This document shows, in pieces, positions 1-9,038 of a stretch of DNA of 64,000 bases (its first letter is position 1; every line of letters starts with the position of its first letter). The position numbers were made by a program, and so were the translations under genes. The DNA is from an uncultured Gammaproteobacteria bacterium (GTDB taxonomy: Bacteria > Patescibacteriota > Patescibacteriia > UBA11705 > DATKZF01), in contig CAYPKD010000001.1 of NCBI GenBank assembly GCA_964411255.1, positions 7,331-71,330 on the forward strand, given 5' to 3'. Below the pieces are notes generated by a model, which did not search any database, had not been told where the DNA came from, and worked only from the letters and a program-made list of their open reading frames with translations.

Positions 1-1686
1 CTGCCTCATTAGATTTTCATTCTCATCCCATGGATTTTCTAATTGCCAGTAATTTGAATGGTCTAAATTAATTTTATCTAAAATATCTCTTTTAGCAAAA
101 GAAGAATTCCGTACTTCAATAGAATTCTCTGCCATGATCAAAAAATCTTTAACTTGCCTCTCAATATTTCTCTCTGTATTTGGTTCTAAATATAAATTTT
201 TTACTTCTGGCATCTCAGTGGCAATATTGTCATATCCTAATATTCTTGAAACTTCTTCAATCAAATCCTCCTTTATTGAAATGTCTCCGGTCGCCCTCCA
301 GGACGGCACCTGAACTTCCCACGCGCGTCTCTTATCTTTAACTTTAAATCCAAGGCTTTGTAAAATCCTTTCAACTGTTTTATCTTTTACTTCCTGGCCG
401 ATCCTTTTTAACAAAAAGTCCTTTGGCAGCTCAATTGGTCCTTGGTTTAATTTAAATTTCTCAAATCGTACAACATTACTTGCCACCTTTGCCTCTGGCT
501 GCGTTTTCATTATTAACTCAACAACCCTCTCTAATGCACAATGCGCATTTGTCGGATCAAGACTCTTTTCAAATCTCATTGAAGCTTCTGATCTTAATCC
601 AAGCTTGGTTGCTGTTCTTCGAATGTTTACTGGATCAAAATTTGCAGACTCAATAATAATTGAATCTGTTTTTTCAGAAATTTCTGAATTTTGCCCGCCC
701 ATAATTCCAGCTAAAGCTACCGCATCTTTTGAATCTGCAATCACCAACATTTCTTCGCCTAAAGTCCTTTGTTCACCATCCAGTGTGATTAATTTCTCTC
801 CAGGAGTGGCTAAACGAACGGTTATCTGATTATTTTTTAATTTTTTTGCGTCAAAGGCATGTATTGGCTGGCCCATTTCAAACAATACATAATTTGTAAT
901 ATCAACAATATTATTAATTGATTTTTGGCCAATGGATTGCAATGACTGCTTTAACCATTTTGGTGAAGGACCAACTTTTATATTATTTATTGCCACACCA
1001 TAATATGCTGGACAAAGCTTTGATTCCTTAACCTTTAGCTTTAAATCAATGGCCTTTTCTTCTTTCAGCTTGAAAGGCTTTATCTCCTCAAGCTTTTTAT
1101 CATAAAGCGCTCCCAATTCCCTGGCAATGCCATAATGAGACCAAAGATCAGGTCTATTTGTTAAAGACTTATTATCAATGTCTAAAACATAATCGTTAAC
1201 GCCCAAAGCCTCTGCCAAATTCTGGCCGACCTCAAGGTTTAGGTCAGACAAATTCAAAATATCGCCATTTTTATGATCAAATATTTCACCCAAGCCGATC
1301 TCATCAGCAGCGCAAATCATGCCAAAGCTTTTTTCTCCCCTAATTTTAGTTGGTTCAAGTTTAACTGGATCACCTTCACCATGCCATCGCACCATTGCGC
1401 CTGGGATGGCTAAAGCAATTAGCATACCCTGTTCTAAATTTGATCCACCGCAAACCACTCTGACAGTTTCTTTGCCCAAATCAACATCAGCTAATTTTAA
1501 TTTATCAGCATTTGGATGAGGGAACAGTTTTGTTACTTTCCCAACAAAAATATTTTCCAGTTGCTGGGCTAAATAATTAAGGCCTTCCACTTCCACAGTG
1601 GCCATGGTTAATTTATTTGCGATTTCCTTTGGCTCAATTTTTTCAAGATTAACGTATTTATTAAGCCAGTTAATTGAGATGTTCAT
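1..1686 (-). CDS. pheT: Phenylalanine--tRNA ligase beta subunit (3' end runs off the window)
   Basis: Manual translation from ATG at 1686: MNISINWLNKYV...HPNADKL...VVCGGSNL...KIRGEKSFGMICAADEIGL...NRPDLWSHYGIARE; lies downstream of pheS; absent from the ORF track because it is truncated. Confidence 0.97.
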   Translation of the reverse strand, partial: MNISINWLNKYVNLEKIEPKEIANKLTMATVEVEGLNYLAQQLENIFVGKVTKLFPHPNADKLKLADVDLGKETVRVVCGGSNLEQGMLIALAIPGAMVRWHGEGDPVKLEPTKIRGEKSFGMICAADEIGLGEIFDHKNGDILNLSDLNLEVGQNLAEALGVNDYVLDIDNKSLTNRPDLWSHYGIARELGALYDKKLEEIKPFKLKEEKAIDLKLKVKESKLCPAYYGVAINNIKVGPSPKWLKQSLQSIGQKSINNIVDITNYVLFEMGQPIHAFDAKKLKNNQITVRLATPGEKLITLDGEQRTLGEEMLVIADSKDAVALAGIMGGQNSEISEKTDSIIIESANFDPVNIRRTATKLGLRSEASMRFEKSLDPTNAHCALERVVELIMKTQPEAKVASNVVRFEKFKLNQGPIELPKDFLLKRIGQEVKDKTVERILQSLGFKVKDKRRAWEVQVPSWRATGDISIKEDLIEEVSRILGYDNIATEMPEVKNLYLEPNTERNIERQVKDFLIMAENSIEVRNSSFAKRDILDKINLDHSNYWQLENPWDENENLMRQ

Positions 1687-1804
1687 ATTTTGAAAAGTTA
1701 AAGTTAGAGAAGTTAAAAAGGTAAAAATGTTACGAGGTTATGATGTTAAAATATTAAATGGTTATAAAATAATAGTTAAAAAAGGAAAAAATCAAAGGCC
1801 AAAA

Positions 1805-2902
1805 TCAGTAAATCCTGACCGAGGCACGAACCGCGTATTCGTAACTCCGAGCATGCGGACGGACACAATCCAGGTTCAACTGCCTACTGATCCGACCCCA
1901 ACGCGAAAAACAAACGCCGCCCGAGAATTTTAAATACCCTGCTAAATTCCAATTGGCTCTACCACTCCCATCCCAGTCATCGATTACCTTGTTATTCTTC
2001 TGCAAATAACACATGAAATAAGATAGCTCAGCTTCTGGCGTCATGCCGCTCTCTCCCGCGTATTGCTCGTCTTCTTTCATTTTTTCCAAATACTGCTCCG
2101 GCGTTTTATTCGCTTCCAATTGCTTTCTTCCGCCAACTTCTTTTCCCTTGCCTTCTGCTGGCAAATCCGATAAATCTTCTATAAACATTATGTCCCAGCC
2201 ATCTGTCTTTTCTATAATTTCCTTCTTGGTTTTTCCGCCGTGATTTTCCTGATCATACTTTTCTGGAAAATAAACTAAATCGCTATCTTCACCAATATCC
2301 ACTTCTCCCCCTTTATACTCTTCTGCCAGCCAAAAAGGCTGATCTTCATTCAATTCAAGCTCATCTCCGTTTGTCCCCTTTAATTTACCTTGTCTATGTT
2401 TTTTTAATATTAATTCCTTGGCTTTCTCGGCCATATCACTCAATTTCATACCAAACGGCACTAAAAGCAGTTGCGTAAAACCTTGTTCTTTCTTTTTTTC
2501 AACAAATTCTTTCTTGGCCTCAACTCGCTCTAAAATTTCTTCATAAGTCGGGATTCTCCTTGGTTGGCTATTTATATCTATAAATCCCAGTTCTCCGCTT
2601 GGTAATTTTTCAATCAGTCCGTTCTTTTTTAAAGTTTCTATCTGGTCTTCATATTGCTCTTTTAACTCAAAGGTCTTTTCACTTTCTTTTTTTCCCTTGA
2701 TTTTCAATAATTCATTTTTGTAATCTGTATACAAATCTAAAGCTTGCTGCAATTTCCCTGCCTTTTCCGCTGCCACTGCCTTATCTATAATCTTGCCTAA
2801 AAATTCCTTTTCTTCTGGGGTGAGTGGTACACGCTTAACCTCGCCTCGCCGCGGCCTGGCCATTTTTAATTGACTTTCTAATGATTGTGGTTTTTCTGTC
2901 AT
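1805..2902 (-). CDS. Putative DGR variable (target) protein with CLec-like C-terminus, paralog 1
   Basis: Close paralog of 28479..29588; last ~40 codons hypervariable, ending W..R....L.LD...P......AVRASVRI as in CPR DGR targets. Confidence 0.7.
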   Translation of the reverse strand: MTEKPQSLESQLKMARPRRGEVKRVPLTPEEKEFLGKIIDKAVAAEKAGKLQQALDLYTDYKNELLKIKGKKESEKTFELKEQYEDQIETLKKNGLIEKLPSGELGFIDINSQPRRIPTYEEILERVEAKKEFVEKKKEQGFTQLLLVPFGMKLSDMAEKAKELILKKHRQGKLKGTNGDELELNEDQPFWLAEEYKGGEVDIGEDSDLVYFPEKYDQENHGGKTKKEIIEKTDGWDIMFIEDLSDLPAEGKGKEVGGRKQLEANKTPEQYLEKMKEDEQYAGESGMTPEAELSYFMCYLQKNNKVIDDWDGSGRANWNLAGYLKFSGGVCFSRWGRISRQLNLDCVRPHARSYEYAVRASVRIY

Positions 2903-2948
2903 ACTGTAATGAGTAATGTGTAACGAGTAATTGGTAATTTAGAATTCA

Positions 2949-3021
2949 GCCGCTGCTTTGGGTTATATAGAACAATTTTGAGATTCCCAATCAAGTTGGG
3001 AATGACGTCCAGGACAGCGGC
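2949..3021. repeat. REP-like palindrome
   Basis: ATTCCCAA-tcaag-TTGGGAAT(GAC) hairpin enclosed by GCCGCTG...CAGCGGC. Confidence 0.6.
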
Positions 3022-3128
3022 GAGCAGACATCTCGCATCTCACATTTCTCATTTCTAATTTTGATAACATGCTCCAGGTTATGTGCTCCATGCTCCATGA
3101 TACAGGATACAAGATTCAGGATTCAGGA

Positions 3129-3959
3129 TCATTGATGTAACCCGCTATCATTCCTCAATCTATCAATTTCATCTTTATAATCTTTATAATATTTCATTAA
3201 AAATGCGGTTACTTTTCCAATATTTGCTTTGGAAAAAACTGATTTTTTCAAATCCCATCCTTGGGCAAGGAATTTTTTCCTTTTTGCTTCAAATTTTTTA
3301 TTTTGCAACTGAGATGTGGGCATAGGCATGACCAAAAATTTATCTATCTGGTCATCTGCTTTTAATACCACTCCACCCTCTGGAATAAAATCAAAATTAT
3401 ATTCCTTTTTTAATCGTATTAATTCCTGATTTATTCTTTCTGAAATAATTTCTAAATTTTTATAAAAAGTTTCAATTTGTTTTTTTCCTCTTTTAGAAAA
3501 GATTCCCACTTTCACCTCATACATGCCGGTTATAAAAGCGACATTTTTTTCAGTATCTACCACTACTCCTAAATGATCTGGATTTTTAAACATCTTTCTC
3601 GGATCAAGCCCTAATATTTGAGGTCTTTGTAAACAATTCAATATAAAATTTCCTAAAACACTGTTTTCTTCTTCCCTATTCATCTCCTCATTAACCAATG
3701 ATTCAAATACACAACCGCGAAAAGTAACATATTCTTTGATCTGATTGAAAGAACTTTTTGGCATTTGTGCTAAAAGCTCTTCAGGATTAATATTTTCTAG
3801 AATTTCTTTTTTTCTTTCTAAAATGACAGAGTCAGGAGATTCTGATACTTTTTCACTAATCTCATGCCAGGATGCGTCTTTTACATCTTTAGAAAATTTA
3901 TCATATTCACGCATCCTTTTTGATTTTTGTTGTGGCATTCGAGGAGATGCTTCAAACAT
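3129..3959 (-). CDS. Hypothetical protein, possible PD-(D/E)XK nuclease-like fold
   Basis: 276 aa ORF; FESLV...NPDHLGV...MYEVKVG spacing resembles E..PD..ExK. Confidence 0.55.
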   Translation of the reverse strand: MFEASPRMPQQKSKRMREYDKFSKDVKDASWHEISEKVSESPDSVILERKKEILENINPEELLAQMPKSSFNQIKEYVTFRGCVFESLVNEEMNREEENSVLGNFILNCLQRPQILGLDPRKMFKNPDHLGVVVDTEKNVAFITGMYEVKVGIFSKRGKKQIETFYKNLEIISERINQELIRLKKEYNFDFIPEGGVVLKADDQIDKFLVMPMPTSQLQNKKFEAKRKKFLAQGWDLKKSVFSKANIGKVTAFLMKYYKDYKDEIDRLRNDSGLHQ

Positions 3960-4063
3960 ATTTAATAGTTAGAAAAGTTAAAGAAGTTATGACATTACAA
4001 AGGCTAGAAAAAATTATTTCACTCGTCGCACTTGTCTTGCCTGTCTCACTCGTCTTGCTTTTA

Positions 4064-5092
4064 TCAAAACTGCTTCAAAAATCGTAAGTCAGCACTGTTA
4101 AAAAGTCTGATATCTTCAATTCCATAACGCATCATCACTAACCGAGTTAATCCCAAGCCGAAAGCAAAACCGCTCCATTCATTTGGATCAATCCCGCCAG
4201 CTTTCAAAACATTTGGATGAACCAAACCGCATGGCAAAACTTCAACCCATCCCGTATGCTTGCATACACTGCATCCAGAACCGCTGCAAATCAGGCATTT
4301 CATGTCTAATTCAAATCCTGGTTCAACAAAAGCAAAGAAACCAGGCCTCAATCGAATAGTAACGTCTTTTTTAAAAATACCTTTCATCAGCGTTTTCATT
4401 GTCGCTATCACATTGGCAATGGAAATATCTTTATCAATTACCAAACCTTCAAGCTGATCAAATGTATTTTCATGAGAAGCATCTAAAGCTTCGTATCTAA
4501 AAACTCGTCCAGGAATGATTGCCCGGAGCGGCGCGCCGTATTTTTGCATTGCCCGGACCTGAACAGAAGAAGTATGAGTTCTCAAAACCATTTTATCTTT
4601 GTCATTTTTTATATAAAAAGTATCCTGCATTTCACGAGCCGGATGATCTGCTGGTATATTGACTGCCTGGAAATTAAAATAATCTGATTCTAATTCCGGG
4701 CCGTCTAAAATCATAAAATTTAAACTTTTAAAAATATCCTCTAATTCATACTGAACCAAGGATATTGGGTGTAAATTACCTTTTTCTTTTTCAACTGGCA
4801 AAGAAATATCAATCCATTCCTTTTCTAATTTTCCCTCTACTTGCTTTATTTCCAGTTGCTGACGCTTATTCTCAATTAATTTAACTAAATCCACTTTAAT
4901 CTCATTAGCCAACTGGCCAACTTCTTTTTTCGCCTCTTTTGATAAATCCTTCAAAGATTTTAAAACCTTATTTAGCTCCCCTTCTTTTCTGCCTAAATAT
5001 TTTTTTTCTAAAGTTTGCAGATCAGTTAAATCCGGCACTTTTTCAAGCTCTGTTTTTATTTGCTTTTTAAGTTTTTTTAATTTTTCTTTCAT
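4064..5092 (-). CDS. pheS: Phenylalanine--tRNA ligase alpha subunit
   Basis: HPAREMQDTFY, LRTHTSSVQ, GRVFR, GFAFGLGLTRLVM motifs. Confidence 0.98.
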   Translation of the reverse strand: MKEKLKKLKKQIKTELEKVPDLTDLQTLEKKYLGRKEGELNKVLKSLKDLSKEAKKEVGQLANEIKVDLVKLIENKRQQLEIKQVEGKLEKEWIDISLPVEKEKGNLHPISLVQYELEDIFKSLNFMILDGPELESDYFNFQAVNIPADHPAREMQDTFYIKNDKDKMVLRTHTSSVQVRAMQKYGAPLRAIIPGRVFRYEALDASHENTFDQLEGLVIDKDISIANVIATMKTLMKGIFKKDVTIRLRPGFFAFVEPGFELDMKCLICSGSGCSVCKHTGWVEVLPCGLVHPNVLKAGGIDPNEWSGFAFGLGLTRLVMMRYGIEDIRLFNSADLRFLKQF

Positions 5093-5160
5093 ATATTGTT
5101 AGATTAGTAGATTGATAGATTGGTATAAAAAGTAGATCGATAGAACTCTAAAATTATTAC

Positions 5161-6009
5161 TTATTTACCTATTAAACGTTTAGCTTTTTCTAAGGTGGCA
5201 AATTCAGCTTCGTCTAACGGTACTTCAACTGAGGTTGATCCGTTTTCTTTGTTGTCCAGTTTTACATCTATTGACCGTCGCAACACATGCCAGCCAACCA
5301 CATCGCCTTTACCCTGCCGAGTCTTTACTCTGGATCCAACTGGAGGAAATTTTTCAGACAAACTCTCATACAATTCCTTTTCATATGCCAGACAGCATTT
5401 CAATCTGCCGCAAAGACCTGACAGACGCTCTGATCCTCGGTGAGCGACCTGCTGCAAATCTGCCAGCTCTGAAGTTACATTTCCCAATTCCTTTAAAAAG
5501 GTTTTGCAGCAAACCGGCTGCCCGCAACAGCCAACATCACCCACCATCTTTGATTCGTCCCGAATTCCAAGCTGCTGCAATCGGATATTGGTCTTAAATA
5601 TTCTATTTAAGTCTTTTAATAAATCCCTAAAATCAACTCTGCCATCAGCAATAAAAGCAAAAGTTATACGCCCAAAATCAAGATGGATATGCACGTCAAC
5701 CAATTTTATTGGTAATTTATGCTTTTTTATTAATTGTTTGCAAACTCTTATTGCTTCTTTTTTCTTTTCTTTATTTTGAATAATACTATCTAAGTCCTGC
5801 TTGTCAGCTTTTCTCAAAACTTGTTTTATCTCTCCTAATTTTTTTTCATCCTCATCTGTCAATTCCTTTTTCTCCATAACCTTTCCTAAATCTAAACCAT
5901 GCTGTGTTTCTACCACAACATAATCATCAACATTCAGCTCAATCTTATTCGGATCAAAATAATAGACTTTATCCCAGGTGTTAAATTGTATGCCGACTAC
6001 TTTCTTCAT
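5161..6009 (-). CDS. ricT: PSP1 domain / RicT (YaaT)-like Fe-S regulatory protein
   Basis: ADGRVDFRDL, GCCGQPVCC, SGLCGRLKCCLAYE motifs. Confidence 0.88.
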   Translation of the reverse strand: MKKVVGIQFNTWDKVYYFDPNKIELNVDDYVVVETQHGLDLGKVMEKKELTDEDEKKLGEIKQVLRKADKQDLDSIIQNKEKKKEAIRVCKQLIKKHKLPIKLVDVHIHLDFGRITFAFIADGRVDFRDLLKDLNRIFKTNIRLQQLGIRDESKMVGDVGCCGQPVCCKTFLKELGNVTSELADLQQVAHRGSERLSGLCGRLKCCLAYEKELYESLSEKFPPVGSRVKTRQGKGDVVGWHVLRRSIDVKLDNKENGSTSVEVPLDEAEFATLEKAKRLIGK

Positions 6010-6017
6010 ATAAATAA

Positions 6018-6109
6018 CCCGAATCCCCGAATGTATCCGAATGCCCCGAATATATATCTATTCATTCGTGTCATTTGGGGTATTCGAATAAAAAATTCGT
6101 ATCATTCGT
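6018..6109. repeat. Intergenic (C)CCGAAT short-unit array followed by inverted ATTCG array
   Basis: cccgaat ccccgaat gtatccgaat gccccgaat ... attcgtg tcatttggggtattcg; same family at 28367..28473. Confidence 0.75.
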
Positions 6110-6110
6110 A

Positions 6111-6698
6111 TTAAACCTCAAATCTTACAAAATTATCAATTTCAATCTTTTCTCCAATTTTAGCAATCTTTTCCTTAATCAAATCTTCAATGGTCAAGTC
6201 TTCGTCTTTTATAAAAGACTGCTTTAACAAACATACTTCCTCATACCATTTACTAAGCTTGCCTTCAACAATTTTATCAATCATATCTTCTGGCTTTGAT
6301 TCAGCTAAAAGCTGTTCCTTGTAAATTTCCTTTTCTTTATTCAAAACTTCTTCTGGTATATCTTCTGGTTTTAAATATAATGGATTAGTAGCGGCAATCT
6401 GCATTGCTAAATCTTTTGCCAGCGCCTGAAACTCTTCATTACGGGCTACAAAATCAGTTTCACAGTCTAATTCTACCATTGAACCTATTTTTTTATTTGG
6501 ATGAATATAAGAGTAAATAATGCCCTCTTTAGTTTCCCGTTCTGCTGACTTTTTTGCAGCCTTAAGCTCACCTTTTTTTCGAAGAACTTCCATTGCTTTA
6601 TCGACATCACCACCTGCTTCTTCTAAAGCATTCCTGCAGTCATTAATACCGCAGCCTGTTTGTTGCCGCAATTTCGCGACTTGTTGTAAGTCAACCAT
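6111..6698 (-). CDS. tsf: Elongation factor Ts (short form)
   Basis: LRQQTGCGINDCRNAL, ELDCETDFVARN. Confidence 0.98.
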   Translation of the reverse strand: MVDLQQVAKLRQQTGCGINDCRNALEEAGGDVDKAMEVLRKKGELKAAKKSAERETKEGIIYSYIHPNKKIGSMVELDCETDFVARNEEFQALAKDLAMQIAATNPLYLKPEDIPEEVLNKEKEIYKEQLLAESKPEDMIDKIVEGKLSKWYEEVCLLKQSFIKDEDLTIEDLIKEKIAKIGEKIEIDNFVRFEV

Positions 6699-6707
6699 AT
6701 TAATATA

Positions 6708-6783
6708 GGTTATGAAGTTACGAGGTTACGAAGTTATGAAGTTACTAATATCATAACGTCGTAACGAATTTAACATCGTAACG
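6708..6783. repeat. Intergenic 9-bp GAAGTTA(C/T) array followed by inverted array
   Basis: ggttatgaagttacgaggttacgaagttatgaagttac ... cataacgtcgtaacgaatttaacatcgtaac; same unit at 1692..1790 and 3967..4000. Confidence 0.75.
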
Positions 6784-6788
6784 CCAAA

Positions 6789-7508
6789 TTATTTTTTAGT
6801 TTTTTTGTCTTCTTTTGGTTTTTTAACCGTCTTCTTTCCTTCATTCACTGTCTCAGCTACTAGTTTTGAAATCATTTCAATTGATTTTGTAGCATCATCA
6901 TTTGCAGGGATAGGATATTTAGCGTTTTGTGGATTTATATTTGTGTCACAAATGCCAACCACAGAAACTCCGACTTTATTTGCTTCAACCACTGCAGTTT
7001 TTTCTTCTTTCATGTCTACAATAAAAATTACTTCAGGCAGCTTATCCATGTTTTCCAAGCCGCCAATAATCTTATCCAGTTTTTTTAATTCTCTTTCTTT
7101 TACCAACTTTTCTTTTTTAGTAAACTTTTTCCATTCACCTTTTTCATTCTCAGTTTTCATTCGCTGAAACTTTTTGATTAATTTCAAAATAGTGTGAGAA
7201 TTGGTAAATGTTCCGCCCAGCCAACGTTCAACAATAAACGGCATGCCGCATGACTTGGCTGCCTCGCGCACAATGTCTTTGGCTTGTGTTTTTGTGCCTA
7301 AAAAAAGAACTGTGCCGCCTTTTGCTACAGTTTCTTTAACAAAATTCAAAGCCTCCTCTATTTTTTTCTGAGTTGTTTCTAAATTAATAATATGCACACC
7401 GTTTCGATCCCCGTAGATATAGGGCTTCATTTTCGGGTGCCATTTTCCAGTCTGATGCCCAAAATGAACACCAGCCTTTAACATGTCTAAAAGACTTGGT
7501 ATTGTCAT
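6789..7508 (-). CDS. rpsB: 30S ribosomal protein S2
   Basis: AGVHFGHQ, RWLGGTFTN, IPANDDA. Confidence 0.99.
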   Translation of the reverse strand: MTIPSLLDMLKAGVHFGHQTGKWHPKMKPYIYGDRNGVHIINLETTQKKIEEALNFVKETVAKGGTVLFLGTKTQAKDIVREAAKSCGMPFIVERWLGGTFTNSHTILKLIKKFQRMKTENEKGEWKKFTKKEKLVKERELKKLDKIIGGLENMDKLPEVIFIVDMKEEKTAVVEANKVGVSVVGICDTNINPQNAKYPIPANDDATKSIEMISKLVAETVNEGKKTVKKPKEDKKTKK

Positions 7509-7509
7509 A

Positions 7510-7610
7510 AATTTTCCTTTTTTCCTCTACTTTTCCAATCAACACGCCCCTGCACGGGGAGGATGTGCTAATTTTAGCTAAAAAATGCTTAGAAAAGTAT
7601 GTGTGATCTT
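7510..7610 (-). promoter_or_regulatory. Structured rpsB leader (putative S2 autoregulatory RNA)
   Basis: Minus strand CACACATACTTTTC...GAAAAGTAG pairing with internal GC hairpin directly upstream of rpsB. Confidence 0.45.
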
Positions 7611-7776
7611 AATTATTTAAGTCATGGTCCATGATTTATGATACATGATTCATGATAAATAAAATATATCATATTTGTCTGAAATAAGCAAGATTATCAA
7701 ACAAAAAACCAGCAAAGTAGTTACCTCACTGGCTGAAAGTAAAAAGTCAGCTTTTGTTTATGGACAAAACATTATC

Positions 7777-8772
7777 TTATCCTTTATTAAACTCCCATTT
7801 CCAGCAAGCAGCAGCGCCTAGAGTTTTCTGAGGAAAATCAATCATATTTGAAATAAGTGCTAATCCTGTCTCTGAAAGCCACATTGCCACATGATTTCCT
7901 GGATTTAAAGCCAAATCGCACCAATGAACCCATTTTTCTGCTTTCTTTTCTCCAGTCAATTTAAATATAGTAAATATTGCCTGAGCAAATACAGCTGCAT
8001 TACAATGCTCAGCCCATTCACCCATTGCTCTCGATTGCGCGCAAAAACCTGCATATATTCCTTCTGGCCTAAAATTAATTAAATAATATCCTGCTTGAGG
8101 TTTTTTATTAATATCTTGCTTAAAAACTCTATACCCTGTCTTCAGCCACCAATCGGCCTTTTTATCATTATCAAAATTCGGCGGATTTCTTGGATCATTG
8201 CCAACCATTTTTCTCAGCTCTCGCAAACTCCAATCAAAAATATATACTAATCTCCAATCTGAATCAATTTTATTGCCAGCAGCACCTGATTCAATTGTTC
8301 TGAGAGTATAGTTGATTGGAATCCTGCCTTTTGGCAAATCATGTTCCCACGATTCAGCAGCTTTTTTTGCATTTATAATTTTATCTCTGCCAAGCAATTT
8401 AATAGCTTGCTTCATGGTAACTGGCTTAGCGAACCTATCAAATTGCTCTTGTATCTGCCCTGCTATAACACGAATATCCTCTTCTCTCATTTTTTGCAAA
8501 TATTTTAATTCTAATCCCAATTTTTCAAGAGCAGCTAAAGTTGCGCCTAATTGGCCAAATTCCATAGCTGGAAACAAATCTAAAGATGACTTGACGCTTT
8601 CATTTGCCAGTAAGTGCTGGCGAATAATATCTACCACTTTAAAAGCAAAATCATTATCTGATCTTACTTTGCGCCAATGTTCAAATTCAATGCCATGCCT
8701 TTCAAAAATTTTCAATAACTCTACAACCTGAAAAAGATTGATTGTCCAAAGACCCTGACTGCTTGTGCTCAT
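7777..8772 (-). CDS. Hypothetical protein, possibly CLec-fold family
   Basis: 331 aa ORF with SD-like GGGGGG; C-terminus ...LTGEK..KWVHWC...LGAAACWK resembles CPR CLec-like proteins (weak). Confidence 0.6.
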   Translation of the reverse strand: MSTSSQGLWTINLFQVVELLKIFERHGIEFEHWRKVRSDNDFAFKVVDIIRQHLLANESVKSSLDLFPAMEFGQLGATLAALEKLGLELKYLQKMREEDIRVIAGQIQEQFDRFAKPVTMKQAIKLLGRDKIINAKKAAESWEHDLPKGRIPINYTLRTIESGAAGNKIDSDWRLVYIFDWSLRELRKMVGNDPRNPPNFDNDKKADWWLKTGYRVFKQDINKKPQAGYYLINFRPEGIYAGFCAQSRAMGEWAEHCNAAVFAQAIFTIFKLTGEKKAEKWVHWCDLALNPGNHVAMWLSETGLALISNMIDFPQKTLGAAACWKWEFNKG

Positions 8773-8932
8773 TGCACCCCCCTTTGATTTTCACCTTGTT
8801 GCCCATATGACAACTTTGACAAAAATCAATCTTCTGCCTGCTCCCTGCAAGCATGCTCTTATATTATTCGTCAAAAGAAATAAAGTCAAATAGGAATAAA
8901 TCATCTTGTACTATCTTGTACAATTAATCTCG

Positions 8933-8974
8933 CCTGTCCTGAGCGAGCGAGTCTTTACCAAGCGAGTCGAAGGG
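8933..8974. repeat. REP-like element (CCTGAGC...GTCGAAGGG type)
   Basis: cctgtcctgagcgagcgagtc...agcgagtcgaaggg. Confidence 0.5.
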
Positions 8975-8995
8975 TATATCTTGTAATACTAAAAA

Positions 8996-9019
8996 AGGAC
9001 GAAAATCTGATTTCGTCCT
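8996..9019 (-). terminator. Intrinsic terminator after 9039..10154
   Basis: AGGACGAAA-atctga-TTTCGTCCT followed by a U-run on the minus strand. Confidence 0.7.
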
Positions 9020-9038
9020 CAAAGTTTATTTGCTTATT

